Source: Octopus vulgaris (taxonomy: Eukaryota). Taken from it: a DNA stretch of 64,000 nt. The position numbers and the translations under genes were made by a program. Below, in pieces: positions 41,818 through 55,270 of this stretch. The notes under the pieces are model-generated. The model was not told where the DNA came from, did no database searches, and was given only the letters and a program-made list of their open reading frames with translations. How positions within the stretch are numbered: the stretch's first letter is position 1; each line of letters begins with the position of its first letter. The stretch lies in contig OX597824.1 in the NCBI GenBank assembly GCA_951406725.2, positions 11,346,001 to 11,410,000 of the forward strand, read 5' to 3'.

Positions 41818-41846
<29 letters not shown>

Positions 41847-42944
41847 GAACCACGCTAGGTAGAAGAGACAGTCTGGATTAAAATTAACCTATTAGAGTTA
41901 GCGTCAGGGAACAAAACTAGCTTATGTGAGGCTCAACTTCCCATATTAAAAACCAGGGTAAATTTTTGAGACATTTTTTAACATGCGTTTTATAGGTCAT
42001 CAAATACGGTAATACTTCTTAATTACTTTTTGTTTAATTTTTCATTAAATAAGGTCGCATTATCATTGCTCATAAAGACAGGTAACAGTTCTAGAGGCAA
42101 TGACTCGGTTGTATTCTCTGCTCTCGCCATCTCCTCTACATCATTGCTTCCCAAACGCACCTCTTTGATATCCGCTGAGCCTAGATTGTAAAATAGTTCA
42201 TATTTTAAAAAACAAATCTGCGCTAAAAATATAAAGTTCTTTTTCTTTAAAGATTCTTACATATTTCATATAGATTTTATTCTTCGTGTTTTCTGCAATT
42301 CTCACCTGTTCTAGTGGAGAAAAATTGACAGAATGCTTTCGATCTCCACATTATCGATAAACTAGCAAATGCCTCGTGTAAAATGCACTTAAGTTACACT
42401 GTCAAAAGATTGCGGCAGTTTTATCTACGGAATTCGTTCGATCATATAAATATACTTTGATTGACAGCAGTTCGATAAAACTGTTCACTTTACATTTTGC
42501 TCAAGATTAAATAACGAAATATTGGGTTTCATCGAAAATACAATTCGATGGAAATTTATCGCGTTTATATGATTGCTTCCAACGCAAAAATCTCTTTGCA
42601 TAAAGCTTGTTTTTTTGGGGGGGAGAAAATTTGAATTGTGCATAAATGAAAAATGAATGGGAAACATTTTCCTGGATAATTCTTGGTAAACAGTGGAACC
42701 CATGAAACTGCATAGCAATAGATGTAGCGGCGAGATTTGAACTCATAATAGTCACTAAACCAGATGTTTTTATTATAGTCAGACAAATATATATATACAA
42801 TAATCGTGTGTGTAAGTGTGTATGCGAGCGTGTATATGTGTCCCTGTCTTAAAACGCGTGCACACACACATACACAAGTATTAATAAGGATATACATAAT
42901 CTAATCGCATACATTTATATATACACATACATTTACAGAGACCG

Positions 42945-43545
42945 TGTATGTATGTATGTATGTATGTATGTATGTATGTATGTATGTATGTATGTATGTA
43001 TGTATGCATGCATGTATGTATGTGTGTGTGTGTATGCATGTATGTATGTATGTATGTATGTATATATGCATGTATGTATGCATGTATGTATGTGTGTGTG
43101 TGTATGCATGTATGTATGTATGCATGCATGTATGTATGTATGCATGTATGCATGCATGTATGCATGTAAGTATGCATGTATGTATGTATGTATGTATATA
43201 TGCATGTATGTATGCATGTATGTATATATGCATGTATGTATGTATGTATATATGCATGTATGCATGCATGTATGTATGCATGTATGTATGTATGCATGCA
43301 TGTATGTATGTATGTATGCATGTATGTATTATGTATGCATGCATGCATATGTATGTATATATGCATGTATGTATGTATGTATATATGCATGTATTTATGT
43401 ATGTATATATGCATGTATGCATGTATGTATATATGCATGTATGCATGCATGTATGTATGCATGTATGTATTATGTATGCATGCATGCATATGTATGTATG
43501 TATGTATGTATGTACGTATGCATGCATGTATGTATGTATGTATAT
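42945..43545. repeat. (TATG/CATG)n compound microsatellite
   Basis: Direct reading. Confidence 0.98.
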
Positions 43546-44682
43546 GCAAGCACACGCGCGCTGGTGTGTGTACATTTCCATATACGTATACATTTAGAGA
43601 GAAGGGAGAGAGAGAGACTGCCACTCCGTCGGTTGCGACGACGAGGGTTCCAGTTGATCCGATCAACGGAACCTGCTCAAGACATTAACTTGCAAGTGGC
43701 TGAGTACTCCACAGACACACGTACCCTTAACGTAGTTCGCAGGGAGATTCAGTGTGGCACAGAATGCAACAAGACTGGCCCTTTGAATTACAGGTGCAAC
43801 TCATTATTGCCAGCCGAGTGGACTGGAGCAATGTGAAATAAAGTGTCTTGCTCAAGGACAAGTCGCGCCACCGGGAAACGAACTCGCAATCTTATGGTCG
43901 TGAGCCGAATACCTATTTCTTTACTACCCACAAGGGGCTAAACACAGAGAGGACAAACAAGGACAGACAAACGGATTAAGTCGACTACATCGACCCCAGT
44001 GCGTCACTGGTACTTAATTTATCGACCCCGAAAGGATGAAAGGCAAAGTGGACCTCAGCGGAATTTGAACTCAGAACGCAGCGGCGGACGAGATACCGCA
44101 AAGCATTTCGCCCGGCGTGCTAACGATTTTGCCAGCTCGCCGCCCTTATTCCTGAGCCGAATACCCTGACCACTAAACCAGGCGCCTTCACACACACACA
44201 CACACACGTGAAACGTGTGTGCGCGTGTGTACATGTGATGTAAGGTGGTTCACCGAAATAGCCACAACAAGACTTCCGAATGGCTACAACGACTTCACGA
44301 AAACAGAGACCAACGTTTTTAAATTATTCAGTGGAAGCCAAATTAAATGTCAAGAAACAGCTGTTTATATGTTGTATTTGAAAGAAGAGCGGAAGAGGTT
44401 TGATTGAACGACACTGCCAGCCAAGAACGAACACAGGCAAGAAACTAAGAGCGTGTACAAGAACTGTCTTCAACGGAGAACAATAGAGAGAAGATGAAAG
44501 ATGATATAGGAATCTCGGCCGACATGATTGCATCAAGTAGTAGAGAACTACAAAGAGAGATTCTATGAAAGCCGTTTGTATTTATATATCTGCTGCTTTC
44601 ACATTCCATCTGTGTGCATATTTTGTTTTTCTTTCTTTTTCTTTTCGCTTTGCTTCGTATATATATACATATACATATATAC

Positions 44683-44729
<47 letters not shown>

Positions 44730-44732
44730 TAC

Positions 44733-44765
<33 letters not shown>

Positions 44766-44944
44766 CGTAGCTGCTGCTTCAATCATTTGCTCTGGTTAAC
44801 GTTTGTGTGTTGGACTCAAAACTAGTTACAGATATAGTTTTTTTGCATTGTTTATACAATATTATCGTCTCAGAAGTTAAGGTGATGGTTTGGCAGAGGA
44901 GACTGTAAAGTGCCACGTTTGATGGTATATAATAACGGCCTTAA

Positions 44945-45180
44945 AGGCGGCGAGCTGGCAGAAACGTTAGCGCGCCGGGCGAAATGCTTAGCGGTATTTC
45001 GTCTGCCGCTACGTTCTGAGTTCAAATTCCGCCGAGGTCGACTTTGCCTTTCATCCTTTCGGGGGTCGATAAATTAAGTACCAGTTACGCACTGGGGTCG
45101 ATGTAATCGACTTAATACCTATGTCTGTCCTTGTTTGCCCCCTCTGTGTTTAGCCCCTTGTGGGTAGTAAAGAAATAGGT
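44945..45180 (+). mobile_element. SINE family B, young copy with a long TSD
   Basis: ggcggcgagctggcagaaacgttagc...gttcaaattcc...gtaaagaaatagg flanked by the direct repeat tatataataacggcctta. Other copies near 12717, 29875, 30287, 35608, 36455, 38914, 43913 and 48300. Confidence 0.85.
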
Positions 45181-45536
45181 ATATAATAACGGCCTTACCC
45201 CATCTGTTCTGAGTTCAAATCCAGCCTGGGGATTGACTTTGATTATTATCTCTGAGTTTGTTAAACCATCATTTAACCTCCACTTTTCCATGCTTGCATG
45301 GGTCAGACGGAATTTGCCGAGGCAGATTTCCATGACTAGATGCCCATTGTTGCCAAACGTTATCCATTTCCAAAACCAATTCAACAGATAATACCATTTC
45401 CTTTCCAGATCTGTAGACTTGTATTCAATAAGTTTCATCAAGGTCAATAAAATAAAGAATCAGTTATCTACTGGTGTGGATGGTATTGACGTAACCCACC
45501 TACACTCAAAATTGCTGGCTTTGTGTCTAAAGTGAA

Positions 45537-45868
45537 GGTGCATGGCTCAGTGGTTAGAGCGTCGAGCTTACGATCGTGAGGTTGTGAGTTCGAATCCCGG
45601 ACCGGGCTGCGTGTTGTGTTCTTGAGCAAGACACTTTATTTTACGTTGCTCCAGTTCACTCAGCTGCAGAAATGAGTTGCGACGTCACAGGTGCCAAGCT
45701 GTATCTGCTGTTGCCTTTCCCTTGGATAACACTGGTGGCATGAAGAGGGGAGGCCGGTATGCATGGGCGACTACTGGTCTTCCATAAAAACCTTGCTTGG
45801 ACTTGTGCCTGGGAGGGTAACTTTCTAGGTGCAATCCCACGGTTAGTCATGACCAATGGGGGTCTCAA
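45537..45868 (+). mobile_element. tRNA-headed SINE family E
   Basis: tggctcagtggttagagcg...gagttcgaatcccgg head, then ttgagcaagacactt. Near-identical copy at 4640-4970. Confidence 0.8.
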
Positions 45869-48724
45869 TAGGAACATAAACCTTCTTCCACGAAAAGATA
45901 GCTTAAACTGTGTTCTAAATGGAGGTGTTGTCAAATCTTATTTTATGGACTCAACCATGTTCTATGTTTCATGGACTCATGTTTTATGGACTCAATCATG
46001 CCTGGGAGGGTCACTTTCTAGGTGCAATCCCATGGTCAGTCATGACCGAAGGGGGTCACAACTCAACAACTGTGTCTAAATCAGTAACAATTGTTACTGT
46101 TCAGTGAATTGGCAGAATTGGTGATGGTGCCATGCAAAACACACCCAGTACACCCTGTACACTGGCTGGCATTAGGAAGGGCATCCAGCTGTAGAAGCCA
46201 TGCCAAAACAGACTATGGAACCTAGTTTGGCTCCTGGCCATGCTAGCTCCTGCCAAACTGTTCAATACATGACAACATGGAAAATGGATACTAAATGATG
46301 ATGATGATGATGTTTGAGTGAATTCATCTCCGTACTTTACATTCTGAGTTCAAAAATTTAGCAGAAGATGGACTTTGCTTTCCATCCTTCTGGGGTAGAT
46401 AAATAAAGTACCAGTCAAATGCTGGGGGTTGATATAATCAACTTTATCCCTACCAAAATTCAAATTTCTGTTTTTGTGTCTATACTAGAAATTGTTATTG
46501 CTATTTGGTGGCTTGGCAGAATAGTCAGGAGTGGTTGTGTGGTAAGTAGCGTTATTACGAACCACATGGTTCTGGGTTCAGTCCCACTGCATGGTACCTT
46601 GGGCAAGTATCTTCAACTATAGCCTCAGATGGACAAGAGCCTTGTGAGTGGATTTGGTAGACAGAAACTGAAAGAAGCCCATCGTATATATGTAGATATG
46701 TATGTATGTGTATATGTTTGTGTGTCTGTGTTTGTCCCCCCCAACATTGCTTGACAACCGATGCTGGTGTGTTTACGTCCCTGTAACTTAGCAGTGCAGC
46801 AAAAGAAACTGATAGAATAAGTACTAGGCTTACAAAGAATAAACCCTGGGGGCGATTTGCTCAACTAAAGGCGGTGCTCCGGCATGGCCACAAATGACTG
46901 AAACAAGTAAAAGAGTACAAGAGTAACATCAGACAAAATGTAACATTTGTTCTGGTTCTTTACATTCTGAGTCCAAATCTCAACAAAGTTTTGGTACCTT
47001 CTATTCTTTTGGGGTTGATAAACTAAAGTACTGGTCAAATAGTGGAGTTGGTTTATGTGACTAAGCCCCAGCTCACCAAATCCGTGACTTAGCATATATG
47101 TGACAACCATGCCCTGGGTAATTATGAGCTACTGGTTGTCAAGTAGTCATGGGGGACAGACACAAAAACACACATATACATACAATGATGGGCTTCTTTA
47201 TGTTTCCTTCAACCTTATCCAATCACAAAGCTTTGGTCGGCTACAATAGAAGGTAGAAGGACTGAACCCAGATCCATGTGGTTTGGAAGCAAACTTCTTA
47301 CCACACAGCCCCACCACCACCACCACCACCACCACGTATGTATACAATAGGCTTCTTTCAGTTTCCGTCCACCAAATCCACTCACAAGGCTTTCATAGGT
47401 CTGGAGCTACAGTAGAAGGCACTTTCCCAAGGTGCCATGCAGTGGGACTGAACCTAGAACCATGTGGGTGAGAAGCAAGTTTCTTACCCCTGCAGCCATG
47501 CTTGCTCCTACATTAAAAATTTTCAACACAAAAACAGAAGAGAAGCACAGTACTATCATCATCATCATCATCGTTTAACATCCGCTTTCCATGCTAACAT
47601 GGGTTGGATGATTTGACTGAGGTCTGGCGAACCAGATGGATGCACCAGGCTTCAATCTTGATCTGGCAGAGTTTCTACAGCTGGATGCCCTTCCTAATGC
47701 CAACCACTCTGTGAGTGTAGTGGGTACTTTTTACGTACCACCAGCATAGGCGTGCCACCAGCACAGGCGTACCACTGGCACAATAAATGCCTTACCCACA
47801 TTAAATATAAGCAGAATTGTACTGTGTACTGAAGAGATTAGACCCTAGACAGCCGAGAATGATTCCTTATGTTTTATATACATCACTGCTGTCTTCATAC
47901 AAGTCTTTGAGTACGTGATGTGAAGTGGTTTGCTGAAATGGCAACACAAGAAAACAGTGTTGCTACAATGACTTCAGAAGTGCAGACAACAAAAATAAAC
48001 AACAACAACAACAACGAAAAATATCCAACCTTTTTAATTATTCAATGGAAACCAAATTAAATGTCAAGAAACAGCTGGAATGTGTTAGTTCGAGAGGAAA
48101 AATGAAAGAGGTTTGAGTCAATGACACGGCCAGCCAAGAACAACTGGAGATAGGAACTAATACAATATAGGTGCAGGCATGGGTGAATGGTTAAGAAGCT
48201 TGGTTTGCAACCTCATGATTTTGGGTTCAGTTCCACAGTGTAACACCCAAGGCCAACTAATGTCTTGTGAATGAATTTGATAGACAGAAACTGTATAGAA
48301 GGTGGTGAGCTGGCAGAAACGTTAGCACACCGGGCGAAATGCTTAGCGGTATTTCGTCTGTCTTTATGTCCTGAGTTCAAATTCCGCCAAAGTCGACTTT
48401 AACTTTCATCTTTTCGGGGTTGATTAAATAAGTACCAGTTACGCACTGGGGTTGATATAATCGACTTAATCCGTTTGTCTTCTCTGTGTTTAGCCCCTTG
48501 TGGATAGTAAAGATATAGGTATTCCATCTCTTTACGTCCTGAGTTCAAATTCCGCCAAGGTCAACTTTGCCTTTCATCCTTTCGAGGTTGATAAATTAAG
48601 TACCAGTTACGCATTGGGGTCAATGTAATCGATTTAATTCTCTCGTTTGTCCCCTCTATGTTTAGCCCCTTGTGGACAATAAAGAAATAAGAAACTGTAG
48701 AAGCCTATTGTATATCTGAAGCCA

Positions 48725-48822
48725 CTTCATATTTGAGGCTCTGATGAAGCTATAAGGTGTTGCTCAGGCACTCAACTGAGTCCACTGCATCTTATATCAG
48801 AAACAGCTGTAAGCTATTGAAG
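48725..48822 (+). ncRNA. Type I hammerhead ribozyme motif
   Basis: ggct-CTGATGA(48741)-agc-tataaggtg...catcttata-tca-GAAA(48800)-cagctg-TA-agct. Palindromic stem III ACAGCTGT. The base of stem II is mismatched. Confidence 0.7.
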
Positions 48823-48955
48823 TTCATAAGACAACTGTTTATTCCTTTGTCATTTCATCTTCTTATTACCACTCTGTAGTCGACCAACACTTCGTTCTGA
48901 AGCATGTGCATACTGAGTTCTACACCAGGTTATTAGTCTCACAATGACTAAGTAA

Positions 48956-48995
<40 letters not shown>

Positions 48996-49318
48996 TATTA
49001 TTTATGCGCCCTTTTCATGCCTATCCAGGCTCATGGGCCCGGTTTCTCGGTTTCTGTGGTGTATGTGTTCCCCCCTAGCTGGATGGGACACCAGTCCATT
49101 GCTGCATTATTCAAGAAACAGGAAGAAAGAGTGAGAGAAAGTTGGAACGAAAGAGTACAACAGGGGTCGCTACCACCCCTTGCTGGAGCCTCATGGAGCT
49201 TTAAGGTGTTTTCGCTCAATAAACACACACAACGCCCAGTCTGGGAATCGAAACTGCAATCCTCCAACTGCGAGTCTGCTGCCCTAACCACTGGGCCATT
49301 GTGCCTCCACACACACAC

Positions 49319-49353
<35 letters not shown>

Positions 49354-50140
49354 CAGGGTGCATAAGATATTTGAGGACAGATTTATGTTTATAAAAAAAC
49401 ATATAATAACAAATAACTTTATTTATCAAAAAATGGTATGAGGATAAAAATAAACCTTCTTTTCTATAATGTTATTCAATAAAGCCACCTTCAGCTTCAA
49501 CAACTGTTTCTATATGAGACCTAAATCATCTACATGCTCGAATCAAGTGGTCCTGGTTCCTTTAGGACATTACTCTGACTATGGCAGCTTTCAAAGAATC
49601 TTTGGTATTATGGGCGTGTTCATTGATCTCTCTCTCAACAACACTCCACATGTAATAGTCCAATGGATTGAGATCTGAGGAATTAGGCCAAATGTTAGGG
49701 GTTATGTAATCATGAACATTTTCAACCATCCATTCCTGTGTTACTAGAGCCATGTGTTATAGTGGAGAGCCTTACTGAAACATATATGGCCTTCCATTGC
49801 ATACACTCTCTATCCAGGGCTTACCAATTATTTCTAGGACCTCAATGTAGGCGGCAGAGTTAACTCTAAGGCCTTGTGGAAAGAAGTAAGGAGGCATCGC
49901 ATGTTCTTCATTGCTGACAACCCCTAAAACCATGACAGTTGCAACACCTGGAACTTCAGAAAGGTCTGCTCATAACTATCTGTCATTTCTTCTGTTAACT
50001 TTTTGATCTTGGTTGAAGTTTTACTCTTTCGAGAAAAACCAAATCAAATCTTCTTCTGCTGGATTTTTCAGTTTGTTTAAGAGCCTTTTAGATCTGATGT
50101 AGTGATTTTCTTTTGCTTTCTCTGACAAATTGACCTTCTT
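49354..50140 (-). pseudogene. Degenerate Tc1/mariner transposase relic with a terminal TIR
   Basis: TA-cagggtg terminus. Minus-strand NIWPNSSDLNPLDYYMWSVVERE is the SPDLNPLDY motif. Frames are broken. Confidence 0.8.
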
Positions 50141-50542
50141 CCGTCTTTGTTTCACCGCTATTATTCTCGTATGTTCTTCTTTTCCAAAATGACAGACTAT
50201 AATTTGATGGACGTTTGACTGCTATTTCTAGCAAGTCAAGCAACCATATAAGCCCCCTTGTTGGTTCACTTCATTGCTGCATCAGGCTTCTTATGTATCT
50301 TTCACAGCTGACAGAGAAACACATTTAAATCATCAACACATATAAAAAAAAGAATAAAACGGAAACAAATATTTTAAAGAAAATTTTGTTTAATTGCACA
50401 CATTCTAACACACTTTATGTACATTTCTTCATTAAATGATGTCTCTCCATTATTTTTCAACAAAAAATAGTATTAACAAAAGAAGGCATTCATTCAATAC
50501 TCGGGTTATTTCATGATTATATATACATACACACACACGTAA

Positions 50543-51070
<528 letters not shown>

Positions 51071-51261
51071 GACATTTTTCTAAGGTTTCAAATTGGCAAG
51101 GTTTCTTGGTTGCTTAGAACAATCAAAATAGCAACTAAATGGCTGAATAGAGTCAGTGTTGCTACTACAGTTGAAGGCACAATAATTTATTGAGAAAATG
51201 TATCACTTAAGTACAGATGTAGCTCATTTTTCTCAAGGCTTGGGTACCACAAGTTTAGTAA

Positions 51262-52500
51262 GTACATAGGAGATTACCGACACTAGTGCAATGGCATTCT
51301 GACCAGTATATAAGGAGACTGCCAACACAGGTGTAATAGTATTTTGACCAGTACATAGGAAGTTGTCAACACTAGGGTAATGGTATTTTGACCAATAGTA
51401 GCATAATGCCATTTTAGCAAGTACGTAGGAGATTACCGACACTAGTGTAATGGCATTCTGACCAGTATATAAGGAGACTGCCAATACGGGTGTAATAGTA
51501 TTTTGACCAGTACATAGGAAGTTGTCAACACTAGGGTAATGGTATTTTGACCAATAGTAGCATAATGCCATTTTAGCAAGTAAGTACATAGGAGATTACC
51601 AACACTAGTGTAATGGCATTTTGGCCAGTATATAAGGAGACTGCCAACACGGGTGTAATAGTATTTTGACCAGTACATAGGAAGTTGTCAACACTAGGGT
51701 AATGGTATTTTGACCAATAGTAGCATAATGCCATTTTAGCAAGTACGTAGGAGATTGCCAACACTAGTGTAATGGCATTTTGGCCAGTATATAAGGAGAC
51801 TGCCAACACGGGTGTAATAGTATTTTGACCAGTACATAGGAAGTTGTCAACACTAGGGTAATGGTATTTTGACCAATAGTAGCATAATGCCATTTTAGCA
51901 AGTACGTAGGAGATTGCCAACACTAGTGTAATGGCATTTTGGCCAGTATATAAGGAGACTGCCAACACGGGTGTAATAGTATTTTGACCAGTACATAGGA
52001 AGTTGTCAACACTAGGGTAATGGTATTTTGACCAATAGTAGCATAATGCCATTTTAGCAAGTACGTAGGAGATTGCCAACACTAGTGTAATGGCATTTTG
52101 GCCAGTATATAAGGAGACTGCCAACACGGGTGTAATAGTATTTTGACCAGTACATAGGAAGTTGTCAACACTAGGGTAATGGTATTTTGACCAATAGTAG
52201 CATAATGCCATTTTAGCAAGTACGTAGGAGATTACCGACACTAGTGTAATGGCATTCTGACCAGTATATAAGGAGACTGCCAACACAGGTGTAATAGTAT
52301 TTTGACCAGTACATAGGAAGTTGTCAACACTAGGGTAATGGTATTTTGACCAAAACATAGGAGTTGCCAATTGTAGCATAATTGCATTTTAGCAAGTACA
52401 GAGGAGATTGCCAACACTAGTGTAATGGCACTTTGACCGATACATAGGAGATGGCCAATAGTAACATAAATAGTATTTTGGTACAAGTTCATTGGAGATT
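51262..52500. repeat. Minisatellite, 159-bp unit, ~7 copies plus a degenerate end
   Basis: Units start near 51262, 51421, 51584, 51743, 51902, 52061 and 52220. Each contains ~43-bp related subunits. Confidence 0.95.
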
Positions 52501-52561
52501 ACCAACAAATGGCATAATGACAAACAAAGTAAATGGATAACATTAGTCTGATACACTGCTG

Positions 52562-52616
<55 letters not shown>

Positions 52617-52620
52617 CACA

Positions 52621-52797
52621 CCATATTTCAATGCATAAGGAATCCTTTTTTGTCAAAAATTAAGTTAAAAAATATGGGAGTTTCTTATACATGGATAGTA
52701 TTATAATGCCTTACAAAACTTTTTTTTCCAAATTTTAAGCTCCAAAAATTAGGGAGTTCCTTATACACGAGGCTTCCTTATAAACATTAAAATATGG
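52621..52797. mobile_element. Short Tigger-like MITE
   Basis: Imperfect TIRs ccatatttcaatgcataaggaa / ttccttataaacattaaaatatgg followed by TA. Confidence 0.55.
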
Positions 52798-52879
52798 TAG
52801 TTAATAAAAAAAAAACATATATCAGAAAGAAGCACACTCTAAAAAATAGAGCAATAATTATTACAGAGTTTATATAGAG

Positions 52880-53098
52880 CAGTGCTTTTCAAACTTTTTG
52901 CTGGAGCGGAACCCCAAGGAAGCATTCCACTGGCTCAAGGAACCCCTGTGCAATAATTTAATAGTCTTATGCACACATATCTGCACAGGAGAATTAAAAA
53001 TTACTGCCGATTTTAGCAGTTTTGTAACTTCTTGCGGAACCCCTGGACTGTACTGGCGGGACCCTAAGGTTCCGCGGAACCCTGGTTGAAAACCACTG
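52880..53098. mobile_element. hAT (Charlie/MER5-like) MITE
   Basis: TIRs cagtgcttttcaa / ttgaaaaccactg, 8-bp TSD atatagag/gtatagag. Confidence 0.8.
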
Positions 53099-53207
53099 GT
53101 ATAGAGTCTAATGAGCTGTCCGCAAGGCTTTGCTTTGCAGGTGTAAAACCTTAGGTAACTCTATATCAAAATTTTGTTGTTATATATTTATATATATATA
53201 TATATAT

Positions 53208-53520
53208 AAAAGGAAATGAAGAAAATGCTGACAAAATAATTTAAGCAATTTAAGTAATTTAATTAGGTGAAAGTTCTTTTTACCGGTTGCGCATTTGTTA
53301 TGCTTATCAAAAGATAATTTTTTTAAGAGAGGTAGAGTTCTTCTCTGATAGATTTTTTCCTCTTATCTGGAAAAGAGGAAAAAATCTATCAGAAAAGAAC
53401 TCTATCTCTCTTAAAAAAATTATCTTTTGATAAGCATAACAAATGCGCAACCGGTAAAAAGAACTTTCACCTAATTAAATTACTTAAATTATTTTGTCAG
53501 CATTTTCTTCATTTCCTTTT
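53208..53520. repeat. ~313-bp near-perfect palindrome between (TA)n tracts, with a hammerhead-like motif in each arm
   Basis: Arms 53208-53364 and 53373-53520, 8-nt loop, two substitutions and one 9-nt indel seen. The arm contains TTGATAA-GCAT-aacaa-ATGC-GCA-ACCGGT-A. Confidence 0.9.
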
Positions 53521-53837
53521 TAATATATATCAAAACTCGTGTTCCACATCTCCTTTTATATATATATATATATATATATATTAGTGATACTATTTTGTCA
53601 TAACACTGATCAGTCTATAAAAGGTATACATCAGTGTTAGTAACTCCCTATGCTAATATGTATACACTTAATAACTCCCATTGTAACATTGAAGTTACAA
53701 TACTGGTCAGTATAAAGTAGATAGTTTAGCACACAGTCAAAACAGCACCAAGAAATTACACCAGGTAGCTAATACCTGTTGTTGTTTTTCCTATGTCATG
53801 TCAGATCTAACTGCACAGACCTATGATCAAAAGCCTC

Positions 53838-54790
53838 CCAGTTGTGACAACAATCCCGTTGTATTTTTAAGACAGTAAGATGTAATTTGCATGAAATCTA
53901 GCTGCTATTTCTAGCATATTGAGTGACCACGTAGCGGCTCCTCCATTATTCAAGTTGTCTCAATTCCATCATATTGTAAAGACAGTGTGATTTGCATGAA
54001 ATCTAGCTGCTATTTCTAGCATGTTGAGTGACCACATAGAGGCACCTCCATTATTGCAGTTGTGACAATTCCATCATATTGTTGAGAGTGTGATTTGAAT
54101 GAAATCTAGCTGCTATTTCTAGCAACTTGAGTGACCACATATGGGCTCCTCCATCATTCTAGTTGTCACAATCCCATCATATTTTTAAGACAGTAAGTGT
54201 GATTTGCATAAAATCTAGCTGCTATTTCTAGCATGTTGAGTGACCACATAGAGGTACCTCCATTATTGCAGTTGTGACAATTCCATCATATTGTTGAGAC
54301 AGTAAGTGTGATTTGCATAAAATCTAGCTGCTATTTCTAGCATGCTGAGTGACCACATAAAGGCTCCTCCATTAATCCAGTTGTGACAATCCCATCATAT
54401 TAAGAGTGTGATTTGAATGAAATCTAGCTGCTATTTCTAGCATGCTGAGTGACCACGTAAAGGCTCCTCCATTATTCCAGTTGTCACAATCCCATCATAT
54501 CTTTAAGACAGTAAGTGTGATTTGCATAAAATCTAGCTGCTATTTCTAGCATGCTGAGTGACCACATAAAGGCTCCTCCATTAATCCAGTTGTGACAATC
54601 CCATCATATTAAGAGTGTGATTTGAATGAAATCTAGCTGCTATTTCTAGCATGCTGAGTGACCACATAAAGGCTCCTCCATCATTCTAGTTGTCACAATC
54701 CCATCATATCTTTAAGACAGTAAGTGTGATTTGCATGAAATCTAGCTGGTATTTCTAGCATGTTGAGTGACAACATAGCGGCTCCTTCAT
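53838..54790. repeat. Minisatellite, 100-109-bp unit, ~9 copies
   Basis: aaatctagctgctatttctagc...gagtgaccac recurs 9 times. Confidence 0.95.
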
Positions 54791-55226
54791 CGGTTCAACA
54801 ATTACAAGTAAGCTACTATGCTGACCAGTACATACAAGACAGCTATCATTGCAACCACAACGCTGATCAGTACATTGTAAAAAAAAAAAAAAAAAAACCC
54901 ACTTATTCCATCTTAGAACTTCAGCGACAGAAGAAGCATACCAGGAAACAGACGTCTTGTAACGGTCCTGTGGCTGATCTAATGTAATGCTATCACAGTT
55001 CTTCAGCATAATATTATCACATTTCAATACCAGCATAAACCAATAAGTTCATACTGACATCTAAACCCATCGACACGCTGAATCATTTCTCTGTAGAATT
55101 CTCAACAACACACAGTGTGCGTCTATTCTGGTGGTCTTCTCTCTTTTAAGAGCAAGAAGAAAGAAATTCCTTCTTCAGTCTCTATAAGTATGAAAGTATG
55201 CATGTGTGTGTAAATATATATACATA

Positions 55227-55266
<40 letters not shown>

Positions 55267-55270
55267 ATTA

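Noticed and set aside
45537-45610. tRNA-like sequence (also at 4640, 17899 and 3319)
   Set aside because: SINE heads: A/B boxes continue into repeat bodies and there is no complete acceptor stem.
51573-52379. 268-aa ORF with 53-aa repeats
   Set aside because: By-product of a 159-bp unit divisible by 3. No domain, and neighbouring units are frameshifted.
51262-54790. CRISPR-like appearance of the regular arrays
   Set aside because: Whole units repeat with no unique spacers, there are no cas genes, and the context is eukaryotic.
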